The notes under the pieces were generated by a model. That model worked only from the letters and a program-made list of their open reading frames with translations. It was not told the origin of the DNA and searched no databases. The position numbers were made by a program, and so were the translations under genes. A stretch of 64,000 bases of DNA from an uncultured delta proteobacterium (lineage in GTDB: Bacteria > Desulfobacterota > Desulfomonilia > Desulfomonilales > Desulfomonilaceae): assembly GCA_963789265.1 (NCBI GenBank), contig CAWBKB010000006.1, forward strand, positions 64,001 to 128,000, written 5' to 3'. This document shows positions 10,748-20,592 of the stretch, piece by piece. Within the stretch, counting starts at the first letter, position 1. The number at the start of each line of letters is the position of its first letter.

Positions 10748-12679
10748 TTGAGAAGAAACATTCATCTGGATATGAAATCGCCGGAGGAAGCGCTGGCGAT
10801 ATTTTTGCAGCGCCTGAACAAGAGAACCTTTCCCGGAACTGAGACCGTCCCTGTCACCGAAGCCAAGGGCAGAGTGAGCGCAGAGGCGGTCTATGCCCGG
10901 CTCTCTTCGCCTCACGTTCATATTGCGGCCATGGACGGTTTTGCCGTCCACGCGGAGGGCACTATCGGCGCGGGGCCGGACAGTCCGATCTGCTTCCAAG
11001 TCTGGCGTGGAGCGTGGCCCATCAATACGGGGCGACCCATGCCGCCTGAAACAGACGCGGTGGTTATGATAGAGAACGTTCACTTCCTGGACGATAAGAG
11101 CTTCGAAATCGACCAAGCATTGGTCCCGTGGCAAAATGTCCGCCGCGTGGGTGAAGACTTTGTGGCCTCGGAGATGATCTTGCCGAGCCGCCACCCGATC
11201 TCGGCATACGACCTGGGAGCACTCATCGCAGGTGGCGTGTTTTCAGTGAAGGTGGTGGAAAAACCGACGGTGCTGCTGTTCCCGACCGGGTCGGAACTCG
11301 TCCCCGGAGAATCCCTGAGCCAAAAGCTACCCACGCGGGATCAGACTCTTGAATATAATACTGTCATTCTCAAGGCACTGGTAGAAGAAGCCGGCGGCAT
11401 CGGAATACGCGCCCCCATAGTGAGAGACGAATATGAAGTGGTCAAGGACGCTATCCTACAAGGCGTCCATTCGGATGCTCACCTGATCGTCATAAATGCC
11501 GGGTCGTCCGCGGGGAGCGAGGACTACACCGCGGCAGCCATCAGTGAAGTCGGTGAAGTGCTGGTTCACGGAGTGTCCATGATGCCCGGCAAGCCGACGA
11601 TTCTAGGGATAGTCGAGGAAAAGCCGGTCATGGGGAACCCGGGGTATCCTGTTTCGGCTGTTCTCTCTTTCGAGATGTTCGGGGTTCCGGTGCTCGAAGT
11701 CATGCAGGGACTTCCCCACCGCACCAGGCCGACCATAAGCGCGGTCACCACCAGAAAGATACCCTCAAAGCAGGGACGCGAGGAGTTCTATCGGGTCAAG
11801 CTTGGGAAGGTTGGAGATCGAGTTCTCGCTGCCCCGCTTCCACGAGGCGCGGGGTCCATCACTTCGTTGACCAAAGCGGATGGCCTCGTCCGCATCCCCT
11901 CGCGAAGCGAAGGAGTGGGCCAGGCTGTCCCGGTACAGGTGGAATTGTTGAGAGATCCCGGGCGAATCGACCGCACTCTTGTAGTCACGGGAAGCCACGA
12001 TTTGACCCTGGACCTACTCGCGGACGAGCTTGTGCAACACAATGTATTCCTCACATCGAATCATGTCGGAAGTCTCGGGGGCTTGTTGGCACTCAGGAGC
12101 CACAGCGCACATTTTGCCACCTCTCACCTCCTGGACCCTGAGAGCGGTGTGTACAACTGGCCCTATATTCACAAGTATATTCCCGAGATTCCGGTAAGGG
12201 TTTTCCACGGTGGTACGAGGGAGCAAGGCTTCATCGTGCTCAGAGGCAATCCCAAAGCCATACGAAGTTTTGAAGACTTGCTGCGGGAGGACGTAACCTT
12301 TATCAATCGACAAGCGGGCGCGGGAACGCGAGTGCTTCTCGATTACCATCTGGATTTGCGCGGCTTGGATCACGCAAACATTCGCGGCTATCAGATGGAG
12401 GAGTATACCCACACGACTGTTGCAGCGGCTGTACTTTCGGGCGTGGCCGATGTAGGCATGGGGGTCCTGGCCGCGGCTCGGGCCCTGGGCTTGGATTTCA
12501 TACCGATCACAACCGAGCAGTACGACTTTGTGATTCCCGAGGAGTATCTAGGCGATGAAAAGATCGTCACGCTGTTGGATGTGATGAGAGGAGAGACGTT
12601 CAAACAACGGGTGCTGGCCCTTGGTGGATACGGTGTGGAGCGTACCGGCGAGGAAGTGTCACCGCCCGCCCCAATATAA
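10748..12679 (+). CDS. moeA: Molybdopterin biosynthesis protein MoeA fused to a PBP-like substrate-binding domain
   Basis: AAMDGFAV, PTGSEL, GSSAGSED, MPGKPT, PGYPVSA, then GSHD, INRQAGAGTR; likely start TTG 10748 after GAGGAG. Confidence 0.93.
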   Translation: MRRNIHLDMKSPEEALAIFLQRLNKRTFPGTETVPVTEAKGRVSAEAVYARLSSPHVHIAAMDGFAVHAEGTIGAGPDSPICFQVWRGAWPINTGRPMPPETDAVVMIENVHFLDDKSFEIDQALVPWQNVRRVGEDFVASEMILPSRHPISAYDLGALIAGGVFSVKVVEKPTVLLFPTGSELVPGESLSQKLPTRDQTLEYNTVILKALVEEAGGIGIRAPIVRDEYEVVKDAILQGVHSDAHLIVINAGSSAGSEDYTAAAISEVGEVLVHGVSMMPGKPTILGIVEEKPVMGNPGYPVSAVLSFEMFGVPVLEVMQGLPHRTRPTISAVTTRKIPSKQGREEFYRVKLGKVGDRVLAAPLPRGAGSITSLTKADGLVRIPSRSEGVGQAVPVQVELLRDPGRIDRTLVVTGSHDLTLDLLADELVQHNVFLTSNHVGSLGGLLALRSHSAHFATSHLLDPESGVYNWPYIHKYIPEIPVRVFHGGTREQGFIVLRGNPKAIRSFEDLLREDVTFINRQAGAGTRVLLDYHLDLRGLDHANIRGYQMEEYTHTTVAAAVLSGVADVGMGVLAAARALGLDFIPITTEQYDFVIPEEYLGDEKIVTLLDVMRGETFKQRVLALGGYGVERTGEEVSPPAPI

Positions 12680-12838
12680 ATCGGAACTGTTCACTTGGCA
12701 AAGATTGCGATTGTGGGGTGGACTTTCCAGTCCGCCGTTCCCCCGGCAAAGAAACTTGACTTACATTGCGAGGGCCTCAGCCCGCAATCTCATACCGATT
12801 CGGTGTCAAACAAGTGAGAATGGGCCGATAGCAAACAA

Positions 12839-12938
12839 CACTGACCTGGCACCATGATGGTGCTCAGGTCAGTGGCACCCAGCATCCAGTCAAGATCGGG
12901 TCCTGGGTGCCACGGATCTGGGCTTTGTCAGATCCGTG
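12839..12938. repeat. Multi-hairpin palindromic element
   Basis: CACTGACCTG..CAGGTCAGTG, GTGGCACCCAG..CTGGGTGCCAC, CACGGATCTG..CAGATCCGTG. Confidence 0.65.
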
Positions 12939-13254
12939 CTGTATTTCCTTGATTGTTCACCGTTTGATCGCGCACTAATACCAGACACTGCTTCTTTGCC
13001 AACGACAAAAATCCAAAATAAATTGCCATCAACTCGGATTTTTTCGGAACCCTCCATTTAGGTTGGTGTCTGATTCGCTAACACCTACCTTATAGATGAT
13101 TTGTCGGTGAGAGGCCCTGTTGTTCCTACCATGCACGTGGGCCTTTCGTTTTTGTGCCTTTTGTCAGCATGTCATGAAGCCATCTCCACTCCGGTCACAA
13201 TGACCTTTCACGAGATGCAACCGGGGCTGTGATCTCGGACGTTGCCTGTCCACG

Positions 13255-13370
13255 TTCATAACAGCATTCTATAGGTGGCCCCGTGCGGGATGAACGTAAA
13301 TCATCGTAGTCTTGATCTCCTTATGCCTCAGCCCCAACGCGAACGTTTTTCGCAAGGTGTGGTGCCCCGC
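13255..13370 (-). pseudogene. Tyrosine recombinase C-terminal remnant
   Basis: HHTLRKTFA (box II) joined to LRHKEIKTTMIYVH with the intervening segment missing. Confidence 0.7.
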
Positions 13371-13610
13371 GAAGTGGTTCGAGGAATGAGAGCCAATTGA
13401 TAAGATGTTATCCGACATTTCTCCCTTTATTTCGTAGAGTGTCTTGTCAAGCGATATGCACAGCGCGAAAATCTGAGCAGGAGGATAGGTATGGTGAAGT
13501 TCCAACCATTTTGTGCAACATCGGATTATTTGGCGACAAGACAGAGAAATTCATGTATCGCGATCAACCAACTCGTATAATGTAGAAAATGACGTGACAC
13601 CGTGTTTTTA

Positions 13611-13717
13611 GTGGGACAGGCATCTTGCCTGTCGTCATGCCCGCGTACGCGGGTATCCAGACTGGACCCCGGATCGAAGTCCGGGGTGACGAATGGCAGG
13701 CAGGATGCCTGCCCCAC
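13611..13717. repeat. Nested REP-like element
   Basis: GTGGGACAGGCATCTTGCCTGTC / GGCAGGCAGGATGCCTGCCCCAC arms enclose GTCATGCCCGCG...CCGGGGTGAC (13634-13690). Confidence 0.8.
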
Positions 13718-13806
13718 CATATCCTCGCGGGGATTGTCACTTGTTTGATGGCGCACTGGTGTCAGATGATCGGGAGCGGTGAAAAGGAAAGTAAGGCAAT
13801 TCCACT

Positions 13807-14574
13807 TTGCAACAGGACAAATGGGAGATCGGAGTGAGCACAAGAATCAAGAATAATCTCTGGCAAGTGGGCGGACGCGGGCTGACTGACCCAGCGGACG
13901 CAGCCATCTACCTCGTACGTTTTGGCGACAAAGCGGCTCTTGTTGATGCAGGCACCGGGCGAGGTCAGCAGCAATTGAGAAGAAACATTGCCGAATGCCT
14001 GGAACCAAATGTGCAACTAGAATACCTTTTGTTGACTCACTGTCACTTCGATCATGTCGGCGGGGCCGAGGCCGTCAGACACGAATATGACTGCCAAATT
14101 GTGGCTCATGAATTGGATGCGATTTATCTCGAATCGGGCGACAGTCGCGTGACTGGAGCCGCCCGATGTGGGGCTCATCTAGAACCCTTCGCCATCGATG
14201 TCAAATTGCAGGGCCAAGAATCGACCCTTGCAATCGGTAGCGGTACCGTAACAGCCATTCACTGCCCGGGTCACTCTCCTGGTTCGGTTGTTTATACTAC
14301 AGACATTGACGGCCAGCTTATCCTTTTCGGGCAAGACATCAGCGGTCCGATCCATTCGGAATTCCTGTCTGATGAAGAACAGTATCTGGCGTCGTTGGAA
14401 AGACTTGTAAACTTGAATGCCGATCTTCTTCTCGAAGGCCATTTCGGAATCATCGAAACAAAAAAAGAAGTGCGAGAATTTATTGAGTATTGGAGATCGC
14501 CGCTAGGAGGCTCTCTGTACGCTGTTTTGTACTCTCCGAATTATTCGGCACCTGGACTCAAACCCATCAAATAG
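13807..14574 (+). CDS. MBL-fold metallo-hydrolase
   Basis: THCHFDH, PGHSPGS, GQD, EGH motifs. Confidence 0.92.
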   Translation: MQQDKWEIGVSTRIKNNLWQVGGRGLTDPADAAIYLVRFGDKAALVDAGTGRGQQQLRRNIAECLEPNVQLEYLLLTHCHFDHVGGAEAVRHEYDCQIVAHELDAIYLESGDSRVTGAARCGAHLEPFAIDVKLQGQESTLAIGSGTVTAIHCPGHSPGSVVYTTDIDGQLILFGQDISGPIHSEFLSDEEQYLASLERLVNLNADLLLEGHFGIIETKKEVREFIEYWRSPLGGSLYAVLYSPNYSAPGLKPIK

Positions 14575-14623
14575 CCGAAATTCCTAGAACAACCACACCA
14601 ACTATCATCTCTAAACGGAATTA

Positions 14624-15184
14624 TTACATCCAACTGATCACGTACGTGCAGGACTCATTTCCTTTCTTGCGGCAAGGTTGAGAGTCGTCGTGTCTGACTA
14701 TAACATCGCGGAATTCTGGCAGTTTAAACCTCGTGGCGAATCCTTCAATTACACCTCGATCGAACGCACACGGATAGGGATTTTGACAGGTTATTGTTGC
14801 CTTCTGCAACCCGCCCTGAGTGCCAAGAAATTTGTACTGGTACCGGCCTATTTCGCCGCCTCTGTGGTTCATGTGATAAGCCACGTCTATGGATGACAAA
14901 CACGTCTGCAGATCATCTATTCCGGGGGGTAGCACCGCGTGAAGCGCAATCTGTTCCCCAATGCGATAAAGCATTTGTGCGGAGAAGGTATCCGAGATAT
15001 CCTTCATAGCATCGAGAAAACGTTGAAGTGGGTAGAAATTCTTGGGTCTCGGGTCTGACAGCCCGTGCTTCCCCAGAATAAGGAGACCCGACGATCTAAA
15101 TTCCTGCGGGAAGCCGGCCAGAAATGCCATCAGTACCTCTCCCGTGACCTCTACTTTGGACGAAAACGATTTGAATTCAGCCAT
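14624..15184 (-). CDS. Hypothetical protein, possibly V4R/HNOX-like ligand-binding fold
   Basis: GGAG RBS; YHMNH, NPYPC, and C-terminal H..CR..G..SC.Y pattern. Confidence 0.75.
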   Translation of the reverse strand: MAEFKSFSSKVEVTGEVLMAFLAGFPQEFRSSGLLILGKHGLSDPRPKNFYPLQRFLDAMKDISDTFSAQMLYRIGEQIALHAVLPPGIDDLQTCLSSIDVAYHMNHRGGEIGRYQYKFLGTQGGLQKATITCQNPYPCAFDRGVIEGFATRFKLPEFRDVIVRHDDSQPCRKKGNESCTYVISWM

Positions 15185-15348
15185 GATCTCTGCACTCCTA
15201 TTTTATTTCGCTGAACAGAGTCACCTTGAACGCTGCGGTTCATCCAATTTTCAGGGTCCATTATACACCCTACGGCGACTTCCCGATAAGTTTTGTCCTT
15301 CAAGACATTTTAGCCGCCATTGCTCAGTTTGCGGCATGACGACATGCA

Positions 15349-15374
15349 AGGGCGGGTTTGAAACCCGCCCCTAT
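15349..15374. repeat. REP-like hairpin
   Basis: GGGCGGGTTTGAAACCCGCCC. Confidence 0.55.
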
Positions 15375-15794
15375 CAGAAACGCTGTGTCACTTGCTTGAA
15401 AGGGAATCGGTACTATAGGCACTTGCCTATTGGCTGACCCTTCGAATTCCGGCGAGCACCCTGCCCAAATTGACATCTCGATTCTTGGAATTGAGTTTAG
15501 AGTTTCCTAGTGATCGCATGATTATGACGGCATTAGCATCTGATTAATTTTCGCGGCACCGACTGAGTATTTGCGAACATGCGCAGAATTGACAAGATTT
15601 ATCGTGGATGGACAAGAGTACTGGCCGTGCTCGTCCTACGAATAGCATGATAATGTTCGGACTATCGGCTCAGCAAAGGCATTTGCTGGATGAGTAGAGA
15701 ATTGGCTGCAAGCCGTGCATGTGTCTCGAACGATGCCGTTCTTGCCGCGATTTGCGAAGTTGCTGCATCCTCCTCCGCCACCTTGTTTTCCTGA

Positions 15795-16778
15795 TCAGTC
15801 GGCAGTTTCACTCAGTTTCTCCAGAGTTTCAGTGGCCACCTCCAAGTATTGCGGATCGATGTCAAACCCGATCATGCTCACATTTAGGCGGGCGCAAGCC
15901 ACTGCTGTGTTGCCTATGCCCAAAAACGGGTCGAGCACTAGAGTCACTCGGGCGAGCCCATGAAGCTTCAAGCACATCCCGGCAAGCTCGGGTGGGAAAC
16001 AGGCTGGATGAGGCCGATCTGTAGAACGCTTCTGAATAGTTGAATAGGGAATGTACCAGTTGTTTCCGCGGCAGCGCACTCCCGCTCCTGCTGATTTCCA
16101 GCGGGTGATGTTCGATGAATCCTTATAGGGCGCCCCTATGGCTTCCCTGTCCAATGGGACCTTGCCTGTCCTCGTAAAATGGAACACGTACTCGTGGGCA
16201 TCGTTGATAAACCGAGTGCTGTTGATCGGCTTGAAGTGTCCGACGACCAGCGAAGTATGTTCATCGTAGCTGGAATTTTCGATGTAGATGGATTTGATCC
16301 AATGGATGACGTTTTGAAGGGAAAGCGTACCCCGCAGCCGGTTCGCGACATCAAAAGGCACCCACGGATCTGAAGGTTTCGACCCTACGTTCAAGAAGAG
16401 CGATCCGTCGGGCTTCAGAACTCTCCGGACCTTTGTTCCCCACTCCCCGATCCAGTCGAGGTAGGCATCTCGCGGGATGCGATCGTCATATTTGCCGTAA
16501 TTGACCCCGATGTTGTAAGGCGGAGAAGTGACGATCACATCAATCGATTCGGGTTGTAGCAGTTGCTCCATTCCAAGGAAACAGTCACCGAGGTACAAGC
16601 CAATTTCCTTGTCACCCGTAAGGACAAACCTGGAGAATACTCTAGGCTCAGATTCATGGACTTCTCCGGCGATGTCTACGGGTTCACGCTTGTTCAGAAC
16701 CTTGCCCTGTTTCTCTCTGCTATCGCTCTGGAACAAGGGCAACTGATCGCCCATTTCAAAAAGCTTGCCTGAGTCCAA
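15795..16778 (-). CDS. Orphan beta-class N4-cytosine DNA methyltransferase (M.MjaV-like, predicted GTAC)
   Basis: TSPPY catalytic motif precedes DPFLGIG SAM motif; GHFKPINS, HEYVFHFT, HPACFPPEL resemble M.MjaV as I recall it. Confidence 0.9.
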   Translation of the reverse strand: MDSGKLFEMGDQLPLFQSDSREKQGKVLNKREPVDIAGEVHESEPRVFSRFVLTGDKEIGLYLGDCFLGMEQLLQPESIDVIVTSPPYNIGVNYGKYDDRIPRDAYLDWIGEWGTKVRRVLKPDGSLFLNVGSKPSDPWVPFDVANRLRGTLSLQNVIHWIKSIYIENSSYDEHTSLVVGHFKPINSTRFINDAHEYVFHFTRTGKVPLDREAIGAPYKDSSNITRWKSAGAGVRCRGNNWYIPYSTIQKRSTDRPHPACFPPELAGMCLKLHGLARVTLVLDPFLGIGNTAVACARLNVSMIGFDIDPQYLEVATETLEKLSETAD

Positions 16779-16892
16779 ACGTTTCTCTTCTCGTACGCAT
16801 TTTGTCTTGACCAGAAGCTAGCTAATTCCGAGTTCTGTGTCAACTAGGATCGGATTTCAGCGGTAATAATTCAGTTACGAGCGGCGGAAGAT

Positions 16893-17070
16893 TGTCATTG
16901 CTTCGTCCCGCGGAACGCGGGACGAAGCAATCTTTTCCTTTATTAGCAATTGTCAAAATTTCTGTCCGATTTGCGGTAATGTAATCGTCACCCCGGACTC
17001 CGATCCGGGGTCCAGATCCTGGATTCCGGCTCCTGCCCCGGACACCAGTCCGGAGCTGGCCGGAATGACG
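16893..17070. repeat. Palindromic repeat cluster
   Basis: TTGCTTCGTCCCGCGGAACGCGGGACGAAGCAATC, and GTCACCCCGGACTCCGATCCGGGGTCCAG...GGAATGAC (reverse copy of the 13634/41568 element). Confidence 0.75.
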
Positions 17071-17205
17071 AACGAGAGGCCCTGCGAGTGGATTGCCTGG
17101 TTCCTCGTCTCCTCGTTTCAACAGGACATCATTTTGGACAACCACTCTATACTATGGCACACTTTGTGATAAGATCTCTTCAGAACCCTCTGGAGGTAAT
17201 CGGCA

Positions 17206-17487
17206 ATGACTGAATCTACGGAAACTTGCGCTCGCGAAGATATTCAGTCGGCTTTGGACCGAGCCTTTGGCAACAAGGAACGAGTAAAGGTTGTTTGCGG
17301 CGGCAAGGAGATCGCCGCGGTCATTCCTCTGTAGGGCCTGGAGTTGCTCGAGGAACTCGAAGACCTTTTGGATCTAGTGGAGGCGCTTGAAGCAATTGCT
17401 GAAGCCAAGCGGGAGGGCGGTATCCTGCCTTGGCAGGAATTTAAGAATCAGCTAGGCATCTCGTCGAGTGAGCGCAAAATATGTTGA
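17206..17487 (+). pseudogene. Phd/YefM-type antitoxin with in-frame TAG (17332-17334); no toxin
   Basis: GGAGGT RBS; KERVKVVCGGKEIAAVIPL*GLELLEELED...ILPWQEFKNQLG. Confidence 0.75.
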
Positions 17488-17521
17488 ACTCCGCGAGCTA
17501 TTGATTGGCACAAGCGCCCGC

Positions 17522-19210
17522 CTATTTTTCCGTCTTAATATGGAGATCTCGCTGCGGGAATGGGATCTGTATTCCGTTACTCTGAAATTCCTCGTAAATC
17601 GCCCAGTTCAGCCCATGAATCGTCTCGCCTCTGAGTTCCGGTAAATGTATCCAGCACAACAGCTCAAGTTCGAGAGCTGAGTCGCCGAAGCTCCGAAATC
17701 GAACGCGTGGCACCGGGTCGGACAAGACAGTTTTGTTGTCCTCCGCAACTCTTAACAATATATGTTCGACTTTTTGAAGATCAGAGCCATAAGCCACTCC
17801 GACCTTGATCCGGATTCTAGACATTGGAACAGGCGCACTCTCGTTTATCATCTTTGAATTGGCAATGACCGAGTTTGGAATAGAAATCAGTATGTCGTCC
17901 CTCGTCCGAATGCGTGTGCTTCGAAGGCCCACTGCGGCAACCTCGCCGCGTTCCCCCTCACCGAGGACAATGTAATCGCCGAGCTTAAACGGCCGGTCAA
18001 GAATGATCATGATGCTTCCGATGACATTGGATAGCGCCTCCCGGCCCGCCAGTGCTACGGCAATACCGCCGACTCCCAGTCCGGTAACCAAAGAATAAGT
18101 CGGCAGACCCAATCGAGCGCCAAGATGTATTACCACAATACCGATGACGATCAGCGTTACTATTTGAAAACTCAGGCGAATGAGCTGCGCATCCGTACCG
18201 CCTCTAACAAATCCTCCCACTGACACAAACGCGTCCGCGATTCGATTGAGTATGGCGCCAATCAACCATATTATCCCAACATAAGATACGAGCAAGAACA
18301 CCAGTGCTACCGGCACGTAAGCATCGGCATTAAGAAATCGCAAGCCGTAGATCAGAAACCAGAGGCCGGTTCTTGCAAAGATGATGAGGGTAACAGGCAG
18401 AATCAGGCCACCCGCAATATGTCGCAAGCTAGTGTCAAGTTTCCTGTCCAACGCGTCGAAAGCCGCGCCGAAACCCTTGTACAGGAGCAAAACTATGCCG
18501 GCTCCGATGAACAAATAAAGGGCGAGGCCAAACCATTGCCACATGGCTTGCCCGTAGATGCCCGCTTTGGCCCAGTTCGGCAAACGGTCTACAAATGTCT
18601 TTGGCACAATCAGGCTTCCAGAGATCTTCAACTGCTCCAATAGCGCCCCGCCGCCGGATCCGGGCTTAAACGGCAAATTCTTTATCTTAAGGTAATATTT
18701 TTCCGCGTTTGCGACCGTGTCAATCGTGAAGAGGAATCGTGTGATTGACGAGGCGTCTTTCACTGCCGCTAGGCTGATCTCCGTGTTTGGAATTGTCCAA
18801 GTGGATATTTTTTGAATTTCCACGGCGTTGGCATCGGGAATGTCCGCGTATGGCGGGATATCAACGCGATCAAGTGTTTCTTTGAGGTACAAGGCAGCAT
18901 AGAATCCCGTCATGAGTCTCAGGGCGGGGGGTTCTTTTTCAAGATTAAGGCATCGCATCGCCCGCTTGATGAAAGTTAATGCCTCCGGCCTATTGCGGTT
19001 TTTGAATGCATCAGCAGCCTGGTTTGAACTCTCCAGGAATGTCTTGAGCGTTGCTCTCGGACTTGACGTGTCCGGGGGCGCCAGGGGGTTGCCCATTTGG
19101 GTTGCTCCGGCAGTGTTCCCGCCGGTCCACAACAACAGCAGACAAAGTATTGTCATGAAGCCATGAACGCGCGCACTCAATGAATTAGCTCCGTAAGCTG
19201 GATTTTCCAT
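17522..19210 (-). CDS. MscS-family mechanosensitive channel with extracytoplasmic N-terminal domain
   Basis: DTSSPRATL, GLGVGGIAVALA, DRPFKLGD, GLRSTRIRT, IPFPQRDLH. Confidence 0.93.
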   Translation of the reverse strand: MENPAYGANSLSARVHGFMTILCLLLLWTGGNTAGATQMGNPLAPPDTSSPRATLKTFLESSNQAADAFKNRNRPEALTFIKRAMRCLNLEKEPPALRLMTGFYAALYLKETLDRVDIPPYADIPDANAVEIQKISTWTIPNTEISLAAVKDASSITRFLFTIDTVANAEKYYLKIKNLPFKPGSGGGALLEQLKISGSLIVPKTFVDRLPNWAKAGIYGQAMWQWFGLALYLFIGAGIVLLLYKGFGAAFDALDRKLDTSLRHIAGGLILPVTLIIFARTGLWFLIYGLRFLNADAYVPVALVFLLVSYVGIIWLIGAILNRIADAFVSVGGFVRGGTDAQLIRLSFQIVTLIVIGIVVIHLGARLGLPTYSLVTGLGVGGIAVALAGREALSNVIGSIMIILDRPFKLGDYIVLGEGERGEVAAVGLRSTRIRTRDDILISIPNSVIANSKMINESAPVPMSRIRIKVGVAYGSDLQKVEHILLRVAEDNKTVLSDPVPRVRFRSFGDSALELELLCWIHLPELRGETIHGLNWAIYEEFQSNGIQIPFPQRDLHIKTEK

Positions 19211-19305
19211 CTCGATTCAGAAGATAAACCATGATTGTTCGAATCTTACAATGATTCTGTCTGCGGCTTGCATAGGCGATAGATAACCGTAAGGCCCTAA
19301 AATTC

Positions 19306-20580
19306 TCATGAACCCGGGGCAGTATTTTCAGCTTGCTTCTCTTCCTCCGGCTGCTTGAGGCGAACCATGAGCCATCGCTGAGTCTTATCTTTGCCGAAGT
19401 GAACCAGTGCCTCCGTCTGATCCTGGGTCAGGTTGTAAACGCCTGTTTCCATGATAATATCTGTGTTCTTGCCGTCGGCAAACGTCCAGGCCGCTCTCTG
19501 ACTCTTTTTGTCTACCATCCCTTTGATGGGCCGCCCTGCGTCAGTAGCCCTGTTGTAATATGTTCCTGATATCACGCCCTGTTTGTTTATGGCCAGTTGC
19601 AAAACCATATTGGAATCCGGCACATTTCCATTGCTCAGCGCGAATACTCCCAACGGCAGCCAATCTTCAGTCTGCCGACTTGTAGCCTCCGGAGCCTTGT
19701 CGGCTAACGTACTTGCTTGTTGATAATATTCTTGTGCCGTGGCTGCCTTTTCTCCTCCAACGTAAACGTCATCGCCTTCGTAATAGATATTCTGGCCATA
19801 ATCGTAGTAGACGGGATTGCCATAAGCACTAGCCGCTGCAGAGCCGGAAATCCAACCGGCTACAGCCCCCCAAGTTGCCCAGCGCCACCAGTAATTCCAG
19901 CGATCATGATGATGGTCCCAATGATGGCGGGCGGCATTTGGATGATCTTTCCACCACTTGGGAGTGAATGGTTTGTCATGCCTGTTCTGCCAGTCCTTTC
20001 GAATCTGGTCACTCACGCGCCTTGCCGGGAGCGTGGATGGTCTGCCCGTTTCACCACGCCGTTCGGCTAGTCCGGCTTTTCCCGGCAGTTGGGATGGTTT
20101 TTCCAGGCCGCCCGGCCTCTTGCCTTCGAGGAGCCTCCGCGCTCCCTCGGCACCCAGTGCACCGGCTGCAACACCAGCGCCGATTTTCGCAAGCTCGGAT
20201 CCTCTGCCGGGCCTTTGGTTTTTAGGCAAATTAATAAATTGCTGCAATTGCCTCTGGGTCGGCTTTGCCATCGCTGTTGTTGGGAGTTTTGTGGCACTGC
20301 CTTTGCGAATCTTTGTCTCGGCAGCCTGTCTGGAGGAGGCCCGTTGTCTGGATGACGCTTGGCGACTCGGCGTTGCGGTCCGTGAGTAAGAATGGCCTCT
20401 TTGGTATGAGGGCCGGCTCATGGATGGGCTCCTGTATGCCGCACCGGAACCTCGATATCCTCCAAAGCTTCCTCCACCTCCACGGACTCCACCTCCGCCA
20501 AAACCCCGGGCCATTATTTCATGGGCCGATACGGAGAGAACGAAGAGAATAGTTAATGTGATAACTAATGGTCTTTGCAT
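19306..20580 (-). CDS. Secreted low-complexity protein with W/Y/H-rich core
   Basis: Signal peptide, RGG-rich stretch, PFTPKWW, YYDYG, WLPLGVF, METGVYNLT. Confidence 0.8.
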   Translation of the reverse strand: MQRPLVITLTILFVLSVSAHEIMARGFGGGGVRGGGGSFGGYRGSGAAYRSPSMSRPSYQRGHSYSRTATPSRQASSRQRASSRQAAETKIRKGSATKLPTTAMAKPTQRQLQQFINLPKNQRPGRGSELAKIGAGVAAGALGAEGARRLLEGKRPGGLEKPSQLPGKAGLAERRGETGRPSTLPARRVSDQIRKDWQNRHDKPFTPKWWKDHPNAARHHWDHHHDRWNYWWRWATWGAVAGWISGSAAASAYGNPVYYDYGQNIYYEGDDVYVGGEKAATAQEYYQQASTLADKAPEATSRQTEDWLPLGVFALSNGNVPDSNMVLQLAINKQGVISGTYYNRATDAGRPIKGMVDKKSQRAAWTFADGKNTDIIMETGVYNLTQDQTEALVHFGKDKTQRWLMVRLKQPEEEKQAENTAPGS

Positions 20581-20592
20581 TTTACACCTCTC

